From: Planctomycetales bacterium
GTDB lineage: Bacteria; Omnitrophota; Gorgyraeia; Zapsychrales; Zapsychraceae
Reading direction: 5' to 3'
Assembly: GCA_005239675.1 (NCBI GenBank)
Contig: SBBO01000020.1
Location: forward strand, 13,627 to 77,626
DNA length: 64,000 bases
Shown here piece by piece: positions 46,493 to 55,828 of this stretch. The first letter of the stretch is position 1, and the number at the start of each line of letters is the position of its first letter. The position numbers and the translations under genes are program-made. The notes under the pieces were generated by a model. It made no database searches. It had not been told where the DNA came from and saw nothing but the letters and a program-made list of their open reading frames with translations.

Positions 46493-47583
46493 TTATCCGC
46501 CGCAGCATAGGTAGCGTAGTGTTGGGCGATTATCTTGCTATGTTCGAAGAGTTTTACGATTGTATTCTCAATGGTGCCTTTGTACGGCTGGCGCATCCTG
46601 AGGTCCTTTAAGATTTCCATTGCTTTGTTCACTCGTTTTTCGATTTCCCCCAGACTATATCGCAGACTACCGGTATCTAGGAAAACTTTACGGATGACAA
46701 TGAGATCCTGATAGGTCTTGAGGGATTTATTGAAACGTGCCAGGAACTTTTTCCTGGACTGGCCTTTGAGCGTTTGATAGGCATGACAGACCATGAGTGT
46801 TTTCTTAGATTCGGCAAGATCGCTTAAGATGGATTTGCCAATATTTTTTTGTGAATCAAAGATGCCGATGATGTCATCCTGGATCTGGAATGCCTGCCCT
46901 ACGAGGACCCCCAATTGACATAATTTGGGGATATCGCTGGGTACGGCGCCAGCAAGGATTGCCCCAACGACCAAAGGACAATCGAAGGTGTAGCGGGCGG
47001 TCTTGAGTGTGTAATTGAGGAAGACATCGTTCTCCTTAATGCGGTTGACGTGTTGGGCGCTATGCAGCGTATCGATGAATTCCCCCATGGCCGTGAAGGC
47101 CGCTGTTTGAATAAAATATTTTAAAGCCTTTTCTTTACGCTCTGGGGCCGCTTTAATCGATAGAAAAGCGTCAATAGCGAGGGCATAGACAATATCGCCC
47201 GCGATGATCCCCAGGTCATAACCCAATTCTTTTTGTTCTTGTGTCCGGATGATTCTTCCTAATAGTTTATGCAATGTTGGTTTACCACGCCTTAGATGAG
47301 AACGGTCGATAATATCATCATGGATCAACATAAAATTATGTAATAATTCAATACAGGTAGAGGCCTGGTACAAGCTAGGGGAGATCTTTTGGTGAGGGGG
47401 GCAGTATCCTTTGTAGCTTAAGATGAGTAATAGTGGGCGAATCCGTTTGCCCTTGCGCAGTGCAAATTCACGGATACTTTCATAGAGGATCGGATTGACA
47501 AGGTGTAGTTTATACTCTCCCTTGATCTTGTCCATGAATTGCGCGAGGCTTTTATCGATTTTTTTCTTTACATTCTCGATCAT
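46489..47583 (-). CDS. polyprenyl diphosphate synthase (trans-isoprenyl diphosphate synthase family)
   Basis: First DDxxD LIHDDIID and second FQIQDDIIG. An N-terminal extension of about 60 aa precedes the synthase core. It is convergent with hemW, overlapping it by 4 nt. Confidence 0.8.
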   Translation of the reverse strand: MIENVKKKIDKSLAQFMDKIKGEYKLHLVNPILYESIREFALRKGKRIRPLLLILSYKGYCPPHQKISPSLYQASTCIELLHNFMLIHDDIIDRSHLRRGKPTLHKLLGRIIRTQEQKELGYDLGIIAGDIVYALAIDAFLSIKAAPERKEKALKYFIQTAAFTAMGEFIDTLHSAQHVNRIKENDVFLNYTLKTARYTFDCPLVVGAILAGAVPSDIPKLCQLGVLVGQAFQIQDDIIGIFDSQKNIGKSILSDLAESKKTLMVCHAYQTLKGQSRKKFLARFNKSLKTYQDLIVIRKVFLDTGSLRYSLGEIEKRVNKAMEILKDLRMRQPYKGTIENTIVKLFEHSKIIAQHYATYAAADN

Positions 47584-48095
47584 GAGGCATCATGGTAACA
47601 TACAAATATAAGCGGTTCAACAGAATTTACACTAAGACAATAGACCTCGCTGAATCCCTTGATCCAGCATTCTCAACATGACACCCAAGCCATGGTCGGG
47701 GCCTTCCGGGTTTGTCCTTAGTATTTTTAGTGGCAGATCGGTTATTAAATTATTATATATCAATAGGTTAAGCTATTTAAGCTGTTATCCAGTTTTTCTC
47801 CCTCCATTATTAATATATGATATAACCCAATATATATTAATAAGTTATGTTAATTATGGATTATTTCATAAGCTGCCGACAATATAATTTTGTTTGATTT
47901 TAGGAATAATCTTTGCTATAGTTAATAATTCTAACCTATATTTTATAAAGCCCCTTGGGGACGACATTGTGACAAGATAAGCACGGCATTGGTGCAAGTT
48001 ATGAAAAAGGCCGCCCATCTTAATGGTGATATGGGTGAGCCGCGTCATCTGGCATACAGTGTAGCGGATGATGGAAAATGATGGGGGTTGACGGT

Positions 48096-49406
48096 ATGAT
48101 TGATCGTTACACGTTATCTAAGATGGGGAATATTTGGTCAGAGAAGCATAAGATGGAGATTATGCTCAAAATCGAAGTCCTTGCCTGCGAGGCCATGGCC
48201 CAACTGGGGATGATCCCTAAGAAATCCCTTGAGAAAATCAAGAAGAGCGCCCAATTCGATATCGAAGAGGTCAAAAAGCTGGAAGAAAAGACCAAGCATG
48301 ACATCGTTGCCTTTATCAATAACGTGGGAAAGTTCTTAGGGCCAGAGGCGCGCTATCTACATATGGGGTTGACCTCATCGGATATTTTGGATACCTCCCT
48401 TTCGGTACAGTGCGTTGAGGCAAGCGATATCCTGTTGGCCGACATCCAGAAATTTCTGGCCGTGCTCAAGGAAAAGGCAAAGAGATACAAGGATACTCCC
48501 TGCATTGCCCGTACCCACGGGGTCCATGCCGAGCCAACGACCTTTGGTCTCAAGATCGCTGTCTGGTTTGACGAGATGAAGCGTAACTGCGAGCGCATGG
48601 AACAGGCCCGCGAGATGATCCGCTATGGAAAATTGTCTGGGGCAGTGGGAACCTACGCTAATATTGATCCATCCGTTGAGAAATATGTTTGTGAAAAGCT
48701 GGGATTAAAACCAGTCAATATCGCAACCCAGATTATTCAGCGGGACCATCATTGCCAGTTTGTCACAACGATTGCCCTCATCGGCTCAACCCTTGATAAG
48801 ATCGCAACCGAGATCCGTTTACTGCAGAAGACAGAAGTTCTCGAAGTGGAAGAGCCATTTTTTAAGGGCCAGATCGGTTCCTCGGCCATGCCTCACAAGC
48901 GTAATCCTGTCACCTGCGAGAGGATTTCTGGATTATCGCGCCTGCTACGGGCCAATGCCCAGGTGGCCTTTGAGAATATCGCCCTCTGGCACGAGCGCGA
49001 CATTAGTCATTCTTCGGTGGAGCGCATTATCCTGCCCGATTGCACCATTACCCTTGATTATATGTTCAACAAGATGATTCCTTTGCTGGACGGACTCTTG
49101 GTTTATCCCAAAAACATGATTGCCAGTTTGAGTAAGACCAAAGGGCTTATTTATTCGCAGCGCGTCCTTTTAGAATTAATGAAAAAGGGACTGACCCGTG
49201 AGGCGGCTTATGACATCATTCAGCACTGCGCTATGCAGGTCTGGCAGGAGACATCAGATTTCAAGGACATCCTTTACCGGGACCGAAAGGTGCGCAAATA
49301 TTTAAGGCCCAATGAAATTGACGCCTGCTTTGATATCAGATATTACACGCGGTATACTGACCAGATTTATAAAAAGATGGGCCTATTGACTTCAACCTCC
49401 GCTTAA
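48096..49406 (+). CDS. purB: adenylosuccinate lyase
   Basis: Fumarate-lyase family with the SSAMPHKRNP signature. The ATG at 48096 matches the PurB N-terminus. Two in-frame ATGs lie upstream at 48078 and 48081. Confidence 0.88.
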   Translation: MIDRYTLSKMGNIWSEKHKMEIMLKIEVLACEAMAQLGMIPKKSLEKIKKSAQFDIEEVKKLEEKTKHDIVAFINNVGKFLGPEARYLHMGLTSSDILDTSLSVQCVEASDILLADIQKFLAVLKEKAKRYKDTPCIARTHGVHAEPTTFGLKIAVWFDEMKRNCERMEQAREMIRYGKLSGAVGTYANIDPSVEKYVCEKLGLKPVNIATQIIQRDHHCQFVTTIALIGSTLDKIATEIRLLQKTEVLEVEEPFFKGQIGSSAMPHKRNPVTCERISGLSRLLRANAQVAFENIALWHERDISHSSVERIILPDCTITLDYMFNKMIPLLDGLLVYPKNMIASLSKTKGLIYSQRVLLELMKKGLTREAAYDIIQHCAMQVWQETSDFKDILYRDRKVRKYLRPNEIDACFDIRYYTRYTDQIYKKMGLLTSTSA

Positions 49407-49446
49407 CGGGGCTCAAGACAACAAGGACCAGACAAGGAGGAAGGGC

Positions 49447-50151
49447 ATGGACAAAGGAACCAAGATTTACGAAGGCAAGGCGAAGATTATGTATGCAACC
49501 GATCAGGCGGACTTGGTTATCCAGTATTTTAAGGACGATGCGACCGCCTTTAATGCAGCCAAGAAGGGAACCATTACACGTAAAGGTGTGATGAACAATA
49601 AGATTTCCAGCAAAATCTTCGAGTTCCTAGCCTTCCATGGCATTCCTACCCATTTTGAAAAGTATTTAAGTGAGCGCGAGATGCTCGTCAAGAAAGTCGC
49701 GATCGTTCCAGTGGAGGTGGTGGTGCGTAACCGTGCGGCAGGGTCGCTCTGCCGACTGATGGGGGTTAAAGAGGGCACAACCTTTGCTTCGCCGATCTTA
49801 GAATTTTGCTATAAGCGCGACGACCTGGGAGACCCTTTAATTAACGAATCTCACATCTTGGCCTTTCAGTTGGCAACTGCTGCAGAAATTGCCACTATCA
49901 AAGAATATACGCTCAAGATTAATGATCTTTTAAGTAAATTTTTCAAGAATCTGGCGCTTGAATTGATTGATTTTAAGTTGGAGTTTGGAAGGTATAAGGG
50001 TGCGATTATCCTGGCTGATGAAATCTCACCGGACACCTGCCGGCTCTGGGAGATAGGAACCGGCAAGAAGCTTGATAAGGATCGCTTCCGGCACAATCTA
50101 GGGGATATTGAAGAAGCTTACCAGGAAGTCTTGAACAGAGTTAGTAAGTAA
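49447..50151 (+). CDS. purC: phosphoribosylaminoimidazole-succinocarboxamide synthase
   Basis: 234 aa SAICAR synthetase (YEGKAKIMYAT...). Confidence 0.88.
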   Translation: MDKGTKIYEGKAKIMYATDQADLVIQYFKDDATAFNAAKKGTITRKGVMNNKISSKIFEFLAFHGIPTHFEKYLSEREMLVKKVAIVPVEVVVRNRAAGSLCRLMGVKEGTTFASPILEFCYKRDDLGDPLINESHILAFQLATAAEIATIKEYTLKINDLLSKFFKNLALELIDFKLEFGRYKGAIILADEISPDTCRLWEIGTGKKLDKDRFRHNLGDIEEAYQEVLNRVSK

Positions 50152-50157
50152 GCGACG

Positions 50158-53124
50158 ATGATTTGGCGCGTTGAGATAAGAAATAAGGCCGGTATTTTTG
50201 ATGCTCAGGGTCACGGTATCCAGAAAGACACTGTCGATCTAGGAATTCAATCGGTCCATCAGGTCGATGTCGTTGAGATCTACAATCTTGAAGGTGATCG
50301 TTTTTTCTCTGAGGAAGACCTCGTGAGGATTTGTCGTGAATTGTTCGTGGATAGTATTGCTCAAGATTATGCCTATTTCAAGCTTGACGGTCTATCGCGT
50401 AGCGACAATCCCGTTTGTCATCCAATCGAAATTGCCTACAATGCCGGCGTGATGGATCCGGCAGAAGAATCCATCCTCAAGGGGATTCGCGATTTAGGGA
50501 TTCAGAGTGTCCAGGCAGTTCGCCGCGCCCGCCTTTATCTTTTTTATGGCCCCATCCTCCCCAAAGACTTGGATATCATTACCAATAAGATTCTCTCCAA
50601 TAAGCTGATTCAGCATGTGGTTCCTGATCCTTGGAGATATAAGACGCTTGTGGGGACACCTGATACGCAAATTCAGCAAACATTTAAGGCGCTGGACATT
50701 GACTTGGCGCATGCCAGCGACCAGCAGCTCAAGGCGATCAGCCGCCATGGGCAACTATTTTTGAATCTAAATGAGATGAAGGCCATTCAAAAATATTTTT
50801 GTAGGCTCGGGCGCAATCCGACCGACTGTGAGCTGGAGACAATTGCCCAGACATGGAGTGAGCATTGTTATCATAAAACTTTTCGCGGCGACATCCGTTA
50901 TCGCTATCAAGAAAACGGCAAGACAAAGACGAAACGCATACAGAATCTCCTTAAGTCCACGATCATGAAGGCCACACACGAAGTGAACAAACCCTGGTGC
51001 GTCTCAGTCTTTCATGATAATGCCGGTGTCATTCGTTTTTCGAAAAATATGCATGTGTGTTTCAAGGTGGAGACCCATAACCACCCCTCGGCCCTGGAGC
51101 CATTTGGTGGCGCCAACACGGGAGTAGGCGGTGTGATTCGCGACATCTTGGGCACCGGATTAGGTGCCAAACCGATTTGCAACACGGATATCTTTTGTTT
51201 TGCGCCACACCCCATGTCTTCGGCGAGTCTGCCGCCTGGTACGTTGCATCCCCAGCGCATTATGAAAGGGGTTGTGAGCGGGGTGCGTGATTATGGTAAC
51301 AAGATGGGCATCCCAACGGTCAATGGGGCGATTGTGTTTGATGAGCGGTTCGTGGGCAATCCTTTAGTTTTTTGTGGCAGCGTGGGACTTCTTCCAAAGG
51401 ATAAAGTCAGGAAAAAGGTACGCAAAGGTGATTGGATTGTGCTGGTGGGCGGCAGGACAGGTCGCGACGGCATTCATGGGGCGACTTTTTCTTCGGGGGA
51501 GTTGACGCAGGAATCCGAGATCGTGTCCTGTGGCGCGGTCCAGATTGGTGATCCTATTCAGGAAAAGAAAATGCTTGATTGTCTGATTGCGGCGCGGGAC
51601 AAAAATTTGTATACGGCCATCACCGATTGCGGGGCTGGCGGGCTTTCCAGCGCCGTAGGAGAGATGGCCGCTAGAACTTCTCCAGAAGGCAAGGACTTGG
51701 GGGTTCATGTTGATTTAGACAATGTGCCGCTCAAGTACCAGGGGTTGAGGTACGATGAGATCTGGATCTCAGAATCGCAGGAGCGGATGGTCTTGGCAGC
51801 GCCGCCGAACAAGATTAAGGCGCTGTTGGAAATTTTTACCGGGGAGAACGTCGAAGCGACCGCGATTGGTACATTTACCGCGAGCGGACGTTTGGAATTA
51901 TTTTTCCAAGGGCATCAGGTTTGCAATCTGGATATGGGCTTTCTTCATCGCGGTATTCCCAGGATTACTAAAGAGGCATTCTGGCAGCCGCCGAAAACAA
52001 CAACACCGTCATTATTCTCTAAGACAACGGATCTTAATGCCAAACTTAAAGAGATCTTGGGCCATTACAACGTTTGTTCTAAGGAACGGGTCATCCGCCA
52101 ATACGATCACGAGGTCCAGGGGGCGAGCGTGATTAAACCCTTGGTCGGGATGCATGCAGACGGGCCATCGGATGCCAGTGTCCTGGCACCCGAGTTAGGC
52201 TCGGTCAAGGGCATGGCGATCGCCAACGGCATCAATGTCCGTTACGGCATGATCGATCCTTTCTGGATGGCGGCGTCTTGTATTGATGAAGCGATCCGCC
52301 AGATTATTGCCGTGGGGGGTGATCGGCGTTTTATTGCCCTTTTGGATAATTTTTGCTGGGGCAATCCCGACAAGCCAGATCGACTGGGGAGTCTTGTGCG
52401 TGCGGCCCAGGGTTGTTATAAGACGGCCGTTGGCTACGGAGTTCCATTTATTTCCGGCAAGGACAGTTTGTACAACGAATATACCCATGACGGTGAGTCC
52501 ATTGCCATCCCGGGGACATTGCTTATCTCAGCTATTGGTATTATAGCGGATGTGACCAAGGCGGTTACTATGGATTTAAAAGAGCCAGGCAATTTGATTT
52601 ATATGATTGGTAATACATATAATGAACTTGGTGGGTCCATTTATTTGGATACTTATGGCACGCTGGGTCACCATGTCCCTCATGTTGATGTGCGTCAGGG
52701 CAGTCAGATTTTTGATGCCGTTACTAAGGCTGTTCAAAAGGGGCTAGTGCGCTCTTTGCATGACTGTTCAGAAGGAGGTCTCGGCGTTGCCATAGCCGAG
52801 ATGGCGTTTAGCGGGGGTTGGGGGGTGACCCTACGGTTGGATCAAGTTCCCTACAAGGGTAAAGACAGGTGTAATGATATTATATTTTTCGCGGAATCAA
52901 ATTCACGTTTTTTAGTAGAGGTTGAGCCAAGAAATCAAAAGAGATTTGAACGGGTCCTGTGCGCCAGCCACGCCATTGGCAGGGCCGGCGCAGTGCCGTA
53001 CGCAGTTATTGGAACAGTCGAGCAGCAGCCGTCTTTGGTTGTGTATGGTGACCGGGGTGAGCGCTGTGGGGATTCACCTATCGAAGATTTGAAACAGGCC
53101 TGGCAGCGGCCGCTTGCGTGGTAA
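50158..53124 (+). CDS. purL: fused PurS-PurL phosphoribosylformylglycinamidine synthase (no glutaminase domain)
   Basis: 988 aa. The N-terminal ~85 aa are PurS-like, followed by small-PurL AIR-synthase-related domains (HNHPSALEPFGGANTGVGGVIRD ...). There is no GATase domain; purQ is a separate gene. Confidence 0.82.
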   Translation: MIWRVEIRNKAGIFDAQGHGIQKDTVDLGIQSVHQVDVVEIYNLEGDRFFSEEDLVRICRELFVDSIAQDYAYFKLDGLSRSDNPVCHPIEIAYNAGVMDPAEESILKGIRDLGIQSVQAVRRARLYLFYGPILPKDLDIITNKILSNKLIQHVVPDPWRYKTLVGTPDTQIQQTFKALDIDLAHASDQQLKAISRHGQLFLNLNEMKAIQKYFCRLGRNPTDCELETIAQTWSEHCYHKTFRGDIRYRYQENGKTKTKRIQNLLKSTIMKATHEVNKPWCVSVFHDNAGVIRFSKNMHVCFKVETHNHPSALEPFGGANTGVGGVIRDILGTGLGAKPICNTDIFCFAPHPMSSASLPPGTLHPQRIMKGVVSGVRDYGNKMGIPTVNGAIVFDERFVGNPLVFCGSVGLLPKDKVRKKVRKGDWIVLVGGRTGRDGIHGATFSSGELTQESEIVSCGAVQIGDPIQEKKMLDCLIAARDKNLYTAITDCGAGGLSSAVGEMAARTSPEGKDLGVHVDLDNVPLKYQGLRYDEIWISESQERMVLAAPPNKIKALLEIFTGENVEATAIGTFTASGRLELFFQGHQVCNLDMGFLHRGIPRITKEAFWQPPKTTTPSLFSKTTDLNAKLKEILGHYNVCSKERVIRQYDHEVQGASVIKPLVGMHADGPSDASVLAPELGSVKGMAIANGINVRYGMIDPFWMAASCIDEAIRQIIAVGGDRRFIALLDNFCWGNPDKPDRLGSLVRAAQGCYKTAVGYGVPFISGKDSLYNEYTHDGESIAIPGTLLISAIGIIADVTKAVTMDLKEPGNLIYMIGNTYNELGGSIYLDTYGTLGHHVPHVDVRQGSQIFDAVTKAVQKGLVRSLHDCSEGGLGVAIAEMAFSGGWGVTLRLDQVPYKGKDRCNDIIFFAESNSRFLVEVEPRNQKRFERVLCASHAIGRAGAVPYAVIGTVEQQPSLVVYGDRGERCGDSPIEDLKQAWQRPLAW

Positions 53125-53205
53125 TTATTTGGCTGTGTCATGCCTTAACGGCCTCTCACAGCGCTCGAGGAGAAAACAATGATCTCCACCGTGACTAGTA
53201 CCGCT

Positions 53206-53235
53206 GCAACTAACTTTTAGCGAGCAGTTAGTTGC
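53206..53235 (+). promoter_or_regulatory. perfect 10-bp inverted repeat (GCAACTAACT-10nt-AGTTAGTTGC) between purSL and the LOG gene
   Basis: Read directly from the sequence. No T-tract follows. The 5' arm covers the last codons and stop of a 13-codon ORF (53179..53220, MISTVTSTAATNF) that has a GAGGAG RBS. Confidence 0.4.
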
Positions 53236-53312
53236 AAACAGGGCCATAAGCGCTCCCTTATTCCAGCAAACATAATATAGTTGTAGGGGCATAGCAGTGA
53301 AAAGGGGTATCT

Positions 53313-53978
53313 ATGATTAAAAAAAACGTGGAAGTCGCGGAAGATTTTAAATTGGAAGACCCCTGGCGGGTCTTTCGGATTATGTCGGAATTCGTCGATG
53401 GATTTCATGAGCTCGCTGACATTGGCCCGGCGGTCAGTATCTTTGGGTCGTCACGCACCAAACGCACTAAGCGATGGTATAAACTCGCTGAACGCACCGC
53501 TGAGCTTTTGGTCAAGGAAGGCTACGCGGTTATTACCGGCGCCGGCCCCGGGATCATGGAGGCAAGCAACAAAGGGGCAATCAAGGCCAAGGGCAAGTCC
53601 ATTGGGCTCAATATTGATTTGCCTTTCGAGCAAAAACCTAACCGGTATATCAATCATCTCATTAAGTTTCATTACTTTTTTGCCAGGAAAGTGATGTTTG
53701 TCAAATACGCCAAGGCCTTTGTCATTTTTCCGGGTGGATATGGGACGCTAGATGAATTTACCGAGAGCATTACGCTAATCCAGACGCGGCGGATGGAACG
53801 ATTTCCTGTTATCCTTTTTGATAGTCACCATTGGAAAGGACTTATCCAATGGTTTAAAGATTCAGTCCTGAAGGCCGATAATATCGACCCCGAAGATTTG
53901 GAAATTTTTCAAATGGTGGACACCCCTCAAGAGGTCATCAAGGCCATCCGGGAGTTCTACAGTAATAGACGTCGGTAA
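53313..53978 (+). CDS. LOG-family protein (TIGR00730; cytokinin-riboside-5'-monophosphate phosphoribohydrolase-like)
   Basis: PGGYGTLDE motif, GAGPGIMEA, and a Rossmann-like fold. Size and motifs match the LOG family. Confidence 0.75.
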   Translation: MIKKNVEVAEDFKLEDPWRVFRIMSEFVDGFHELADIGPAVSIFGSSRTKRTKRWYKLAERTAELLVKEGYAVITGAGPGIMEASNKGAIKAKGKSIGLNIDLPFEQKPNRYINHLIKFHYFFARKVMFVKYAKAFVIFPGGYGTLDEFTESITLIQTRRMERFPVILFDSHHWKGLIQWFKDSVLKADNIDPEDLEIFQMVDTPQEVIKAIREFYSNRRR

Positions 53979-54005
53979 GGTTGTCTCATACGGCAAGGGA
54001 GGAAT

Positions 54006-54818
54006 ATGTCGGTTCAAAAGGTCGCGGTTATCGTCTTAAGGACGGCAGGTACCAATTGCGATGGGGAGACTGCGTTTGCCTTTGAACGTTGCGGTGCCCG
54101 CGTGCGCCTGGCCCACATCCATCAGTTGTTTCTAGGGAAGGTGTGTTTGGATGATTTTCATATCTTGGTTATCCCTGGCGGTTTTACCTATGGGGACGAC
54201 ATCGCATCAGGCAAGATCCTTGCCAATGAATTGCGCCTGCGGCTGGGGAGTGACCTGCGCCAGTTTCTTGGTGGCGGCAAACTGATGATCGGCATATGCA
54301 ATGGTTTTCAGGTCTTCGTCAAGGCGGGGATTTTACCAGGACCGTTGGATGAAGGAGAACAAAAAAAACGCACGACTGGTCAACAGGCAACACTCACTAA
54401 CAATGATTCTGGAAAGTTTGAAGACCGCTGGTGTTATCTGAAATCCGAGGGCAATAGCATTTGGACCCAAGGCCTTGAACCCATCGTCTATCTTCCCGTT
54501 GCCCATGGGGAAGGGAAATTTGTGCCGCGTGATGACCATGTCTTGAATCAGTTAAGGCGCAATGGCCAGATTGCGCTGCGATATTGCACCAAAGAGGGCG
54601 GGAAACCTGCTTATCCACAGAACCCCAATGGTTCGGTTGATGACATCGCTGGTATAACTGATCAGACCGGTCGTATCTTTGGGTTAATGCCGCATCCGGA
54701 ACGCCATTTTCTTTTTATCCAGCATCCATTCTGGACACGGCTTAAAGCTAAGGGCCATTACGGCCAAGGGGCAAGAATTTTTCAGAATGGCGTTGATTAC
54801 GTCAGAAAGAATTTATGA
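54006..54818 (+). CDS. purQ: phosphoribosylformylglycinamidine synthase glutaminase subunit PurQ
   Basis: Class-I GATase with ICNGFQ (catalytic Cys) and a C-terminal H/E. Confidence 0.85.
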   Translation: MSVQKVAVIVLRTAGTNCDGETAFAFERCGARVRLAHIHQLFLGKVCLDDFHILVIPGGFTYGDDIASGKILANELRLRLGSDLRQFLGGGKLMIGICNGFQVFVKAGILPGPLDEGEQKKRTTGQQATLTNNDSGKFEDRWCYLKSEGNSIWTQGLEPIVYLPVAHGEGKFVPRDDHVLNQLRRNGQIALRYCTKEGGKPAYPQNPNGSVDDIAGITDQTGRIFGLMPHPERHFLFIQHPFWTRLKAKGHYGQGARIFQNGVDYVRKNL

Positions 54819-55828
54819 TGAGTGGTTTAACGTACAAAATGAGTGGCGTCAATATTAGCCAGGCCAATTGGTTTGTCCGTTCGATTCAGAAAGATATTGC
54901 CGGGACATTGAGCTCATCCGTCATTCGCTATCCAGGCGCCTTTGGTTCGTTATTCGCTTTTGACCGTAAGAAATACAAAAATCCCGTTTTGGTTTCTTCA
55001 ACCGATGGGGTGGGGACAAAATTGTTGGTGGCAAAAACGATGGGGTGTCATGACACGCTCGGGGTTGATTTGGTCGCCATGAATGTCAATGATATACTTT
55101 GTGTAGGGGCAAGGCCATTATTTTTTCTGGATTACATTGCTTGTGGCCGGTTGAACACCAAGGTATTGCAGGCCCTGGTGCGCGGGATGGCGCGCGGCTG
55201 CCGGCTGGCCGGATGTGCCTTGGTCGGCGGGGAGACCGCTGAGATGCCCGGGGTGTATGGCCCACAGGATTATGATCTGGCTGGGTTTGCCGTAGGCGTA
55301 GTTGACAAAGACCGAATTATCAATGGCAGCCGTATTCAGGCAGGCGACCAGGTCATTGGCTTACCGTCGAATGGCTTGCATGCCAACGGATTTTCCTTGG
55401 TGCGTAAAGCCTTGTCGTTACGCGAACAGAAGGGCCTGGCGCAAGAATTGTTAAAACCCACACGAATTTATGTCCGCGAGGTCTTGGCGATGATCGAGCG
55501 TTTTCCGATTAAAGGCATTGCCCATTTGACCGGCGGGGCATTCTACGAAAAGTTAACCAAGATTCTTCCTGTCGGAAAATGTTTTGTTATCGATCAAGGA
55601 TGGCCAGTACCAAAAATATTTCACATTATCCAAAAAAAAGGTAAAATAAAAAATTCGGAGATGTTCCGTACCTTTAATATGGGGATAGGGTTGGCGCTAG
55701 TCGTTGGGGTCAAAGAGACCCCCGCCCTGCGGTCATTTTTGGAGCGCCGCTCGATTGCCCATCATATAATCGGGAACGTAATGAACGATTCAAGACACCG
55801 TATTATATTCAACCATTTTTCTCTATGA
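54815..55828 (+). CDS. purM: phosphoribosylformylglycinamidine cyclo-ligase (AIR synthetase)
   Basis: 337 aa PurM fold. ATGATG overlaps the purQ stop. Confidence 0.85.
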   Translation: MMSGLTYKMSGVNISQANWFVRSIQKDIAGTLSSSVIRYPGAFGSLFAFDRKKYKNPVLVSSTDGVGTKLLVAKTMGCHDTLGVDLVAMNVNDILCVGARPLFFLDYIACGRLNTKVLQALVRGMARGCRLAGCALVGGETAEMPGVYGPQDYDLAGFAVGVVDKDRIINGSRIQAGDQVIGLPSNGLHANGFSLVRKALSLREQKGLAQELLKPTRIYVREVLAMIERFPIKGIAHLTGGAFYEKLTKILPVGKCFVIDQGWPVPKIFHIIQKKGKIKNSEMFRTFNMGIGLALVVGVKETPALRSFLERRSIAHHIIGNVMNDSRHRIIFNHFSL

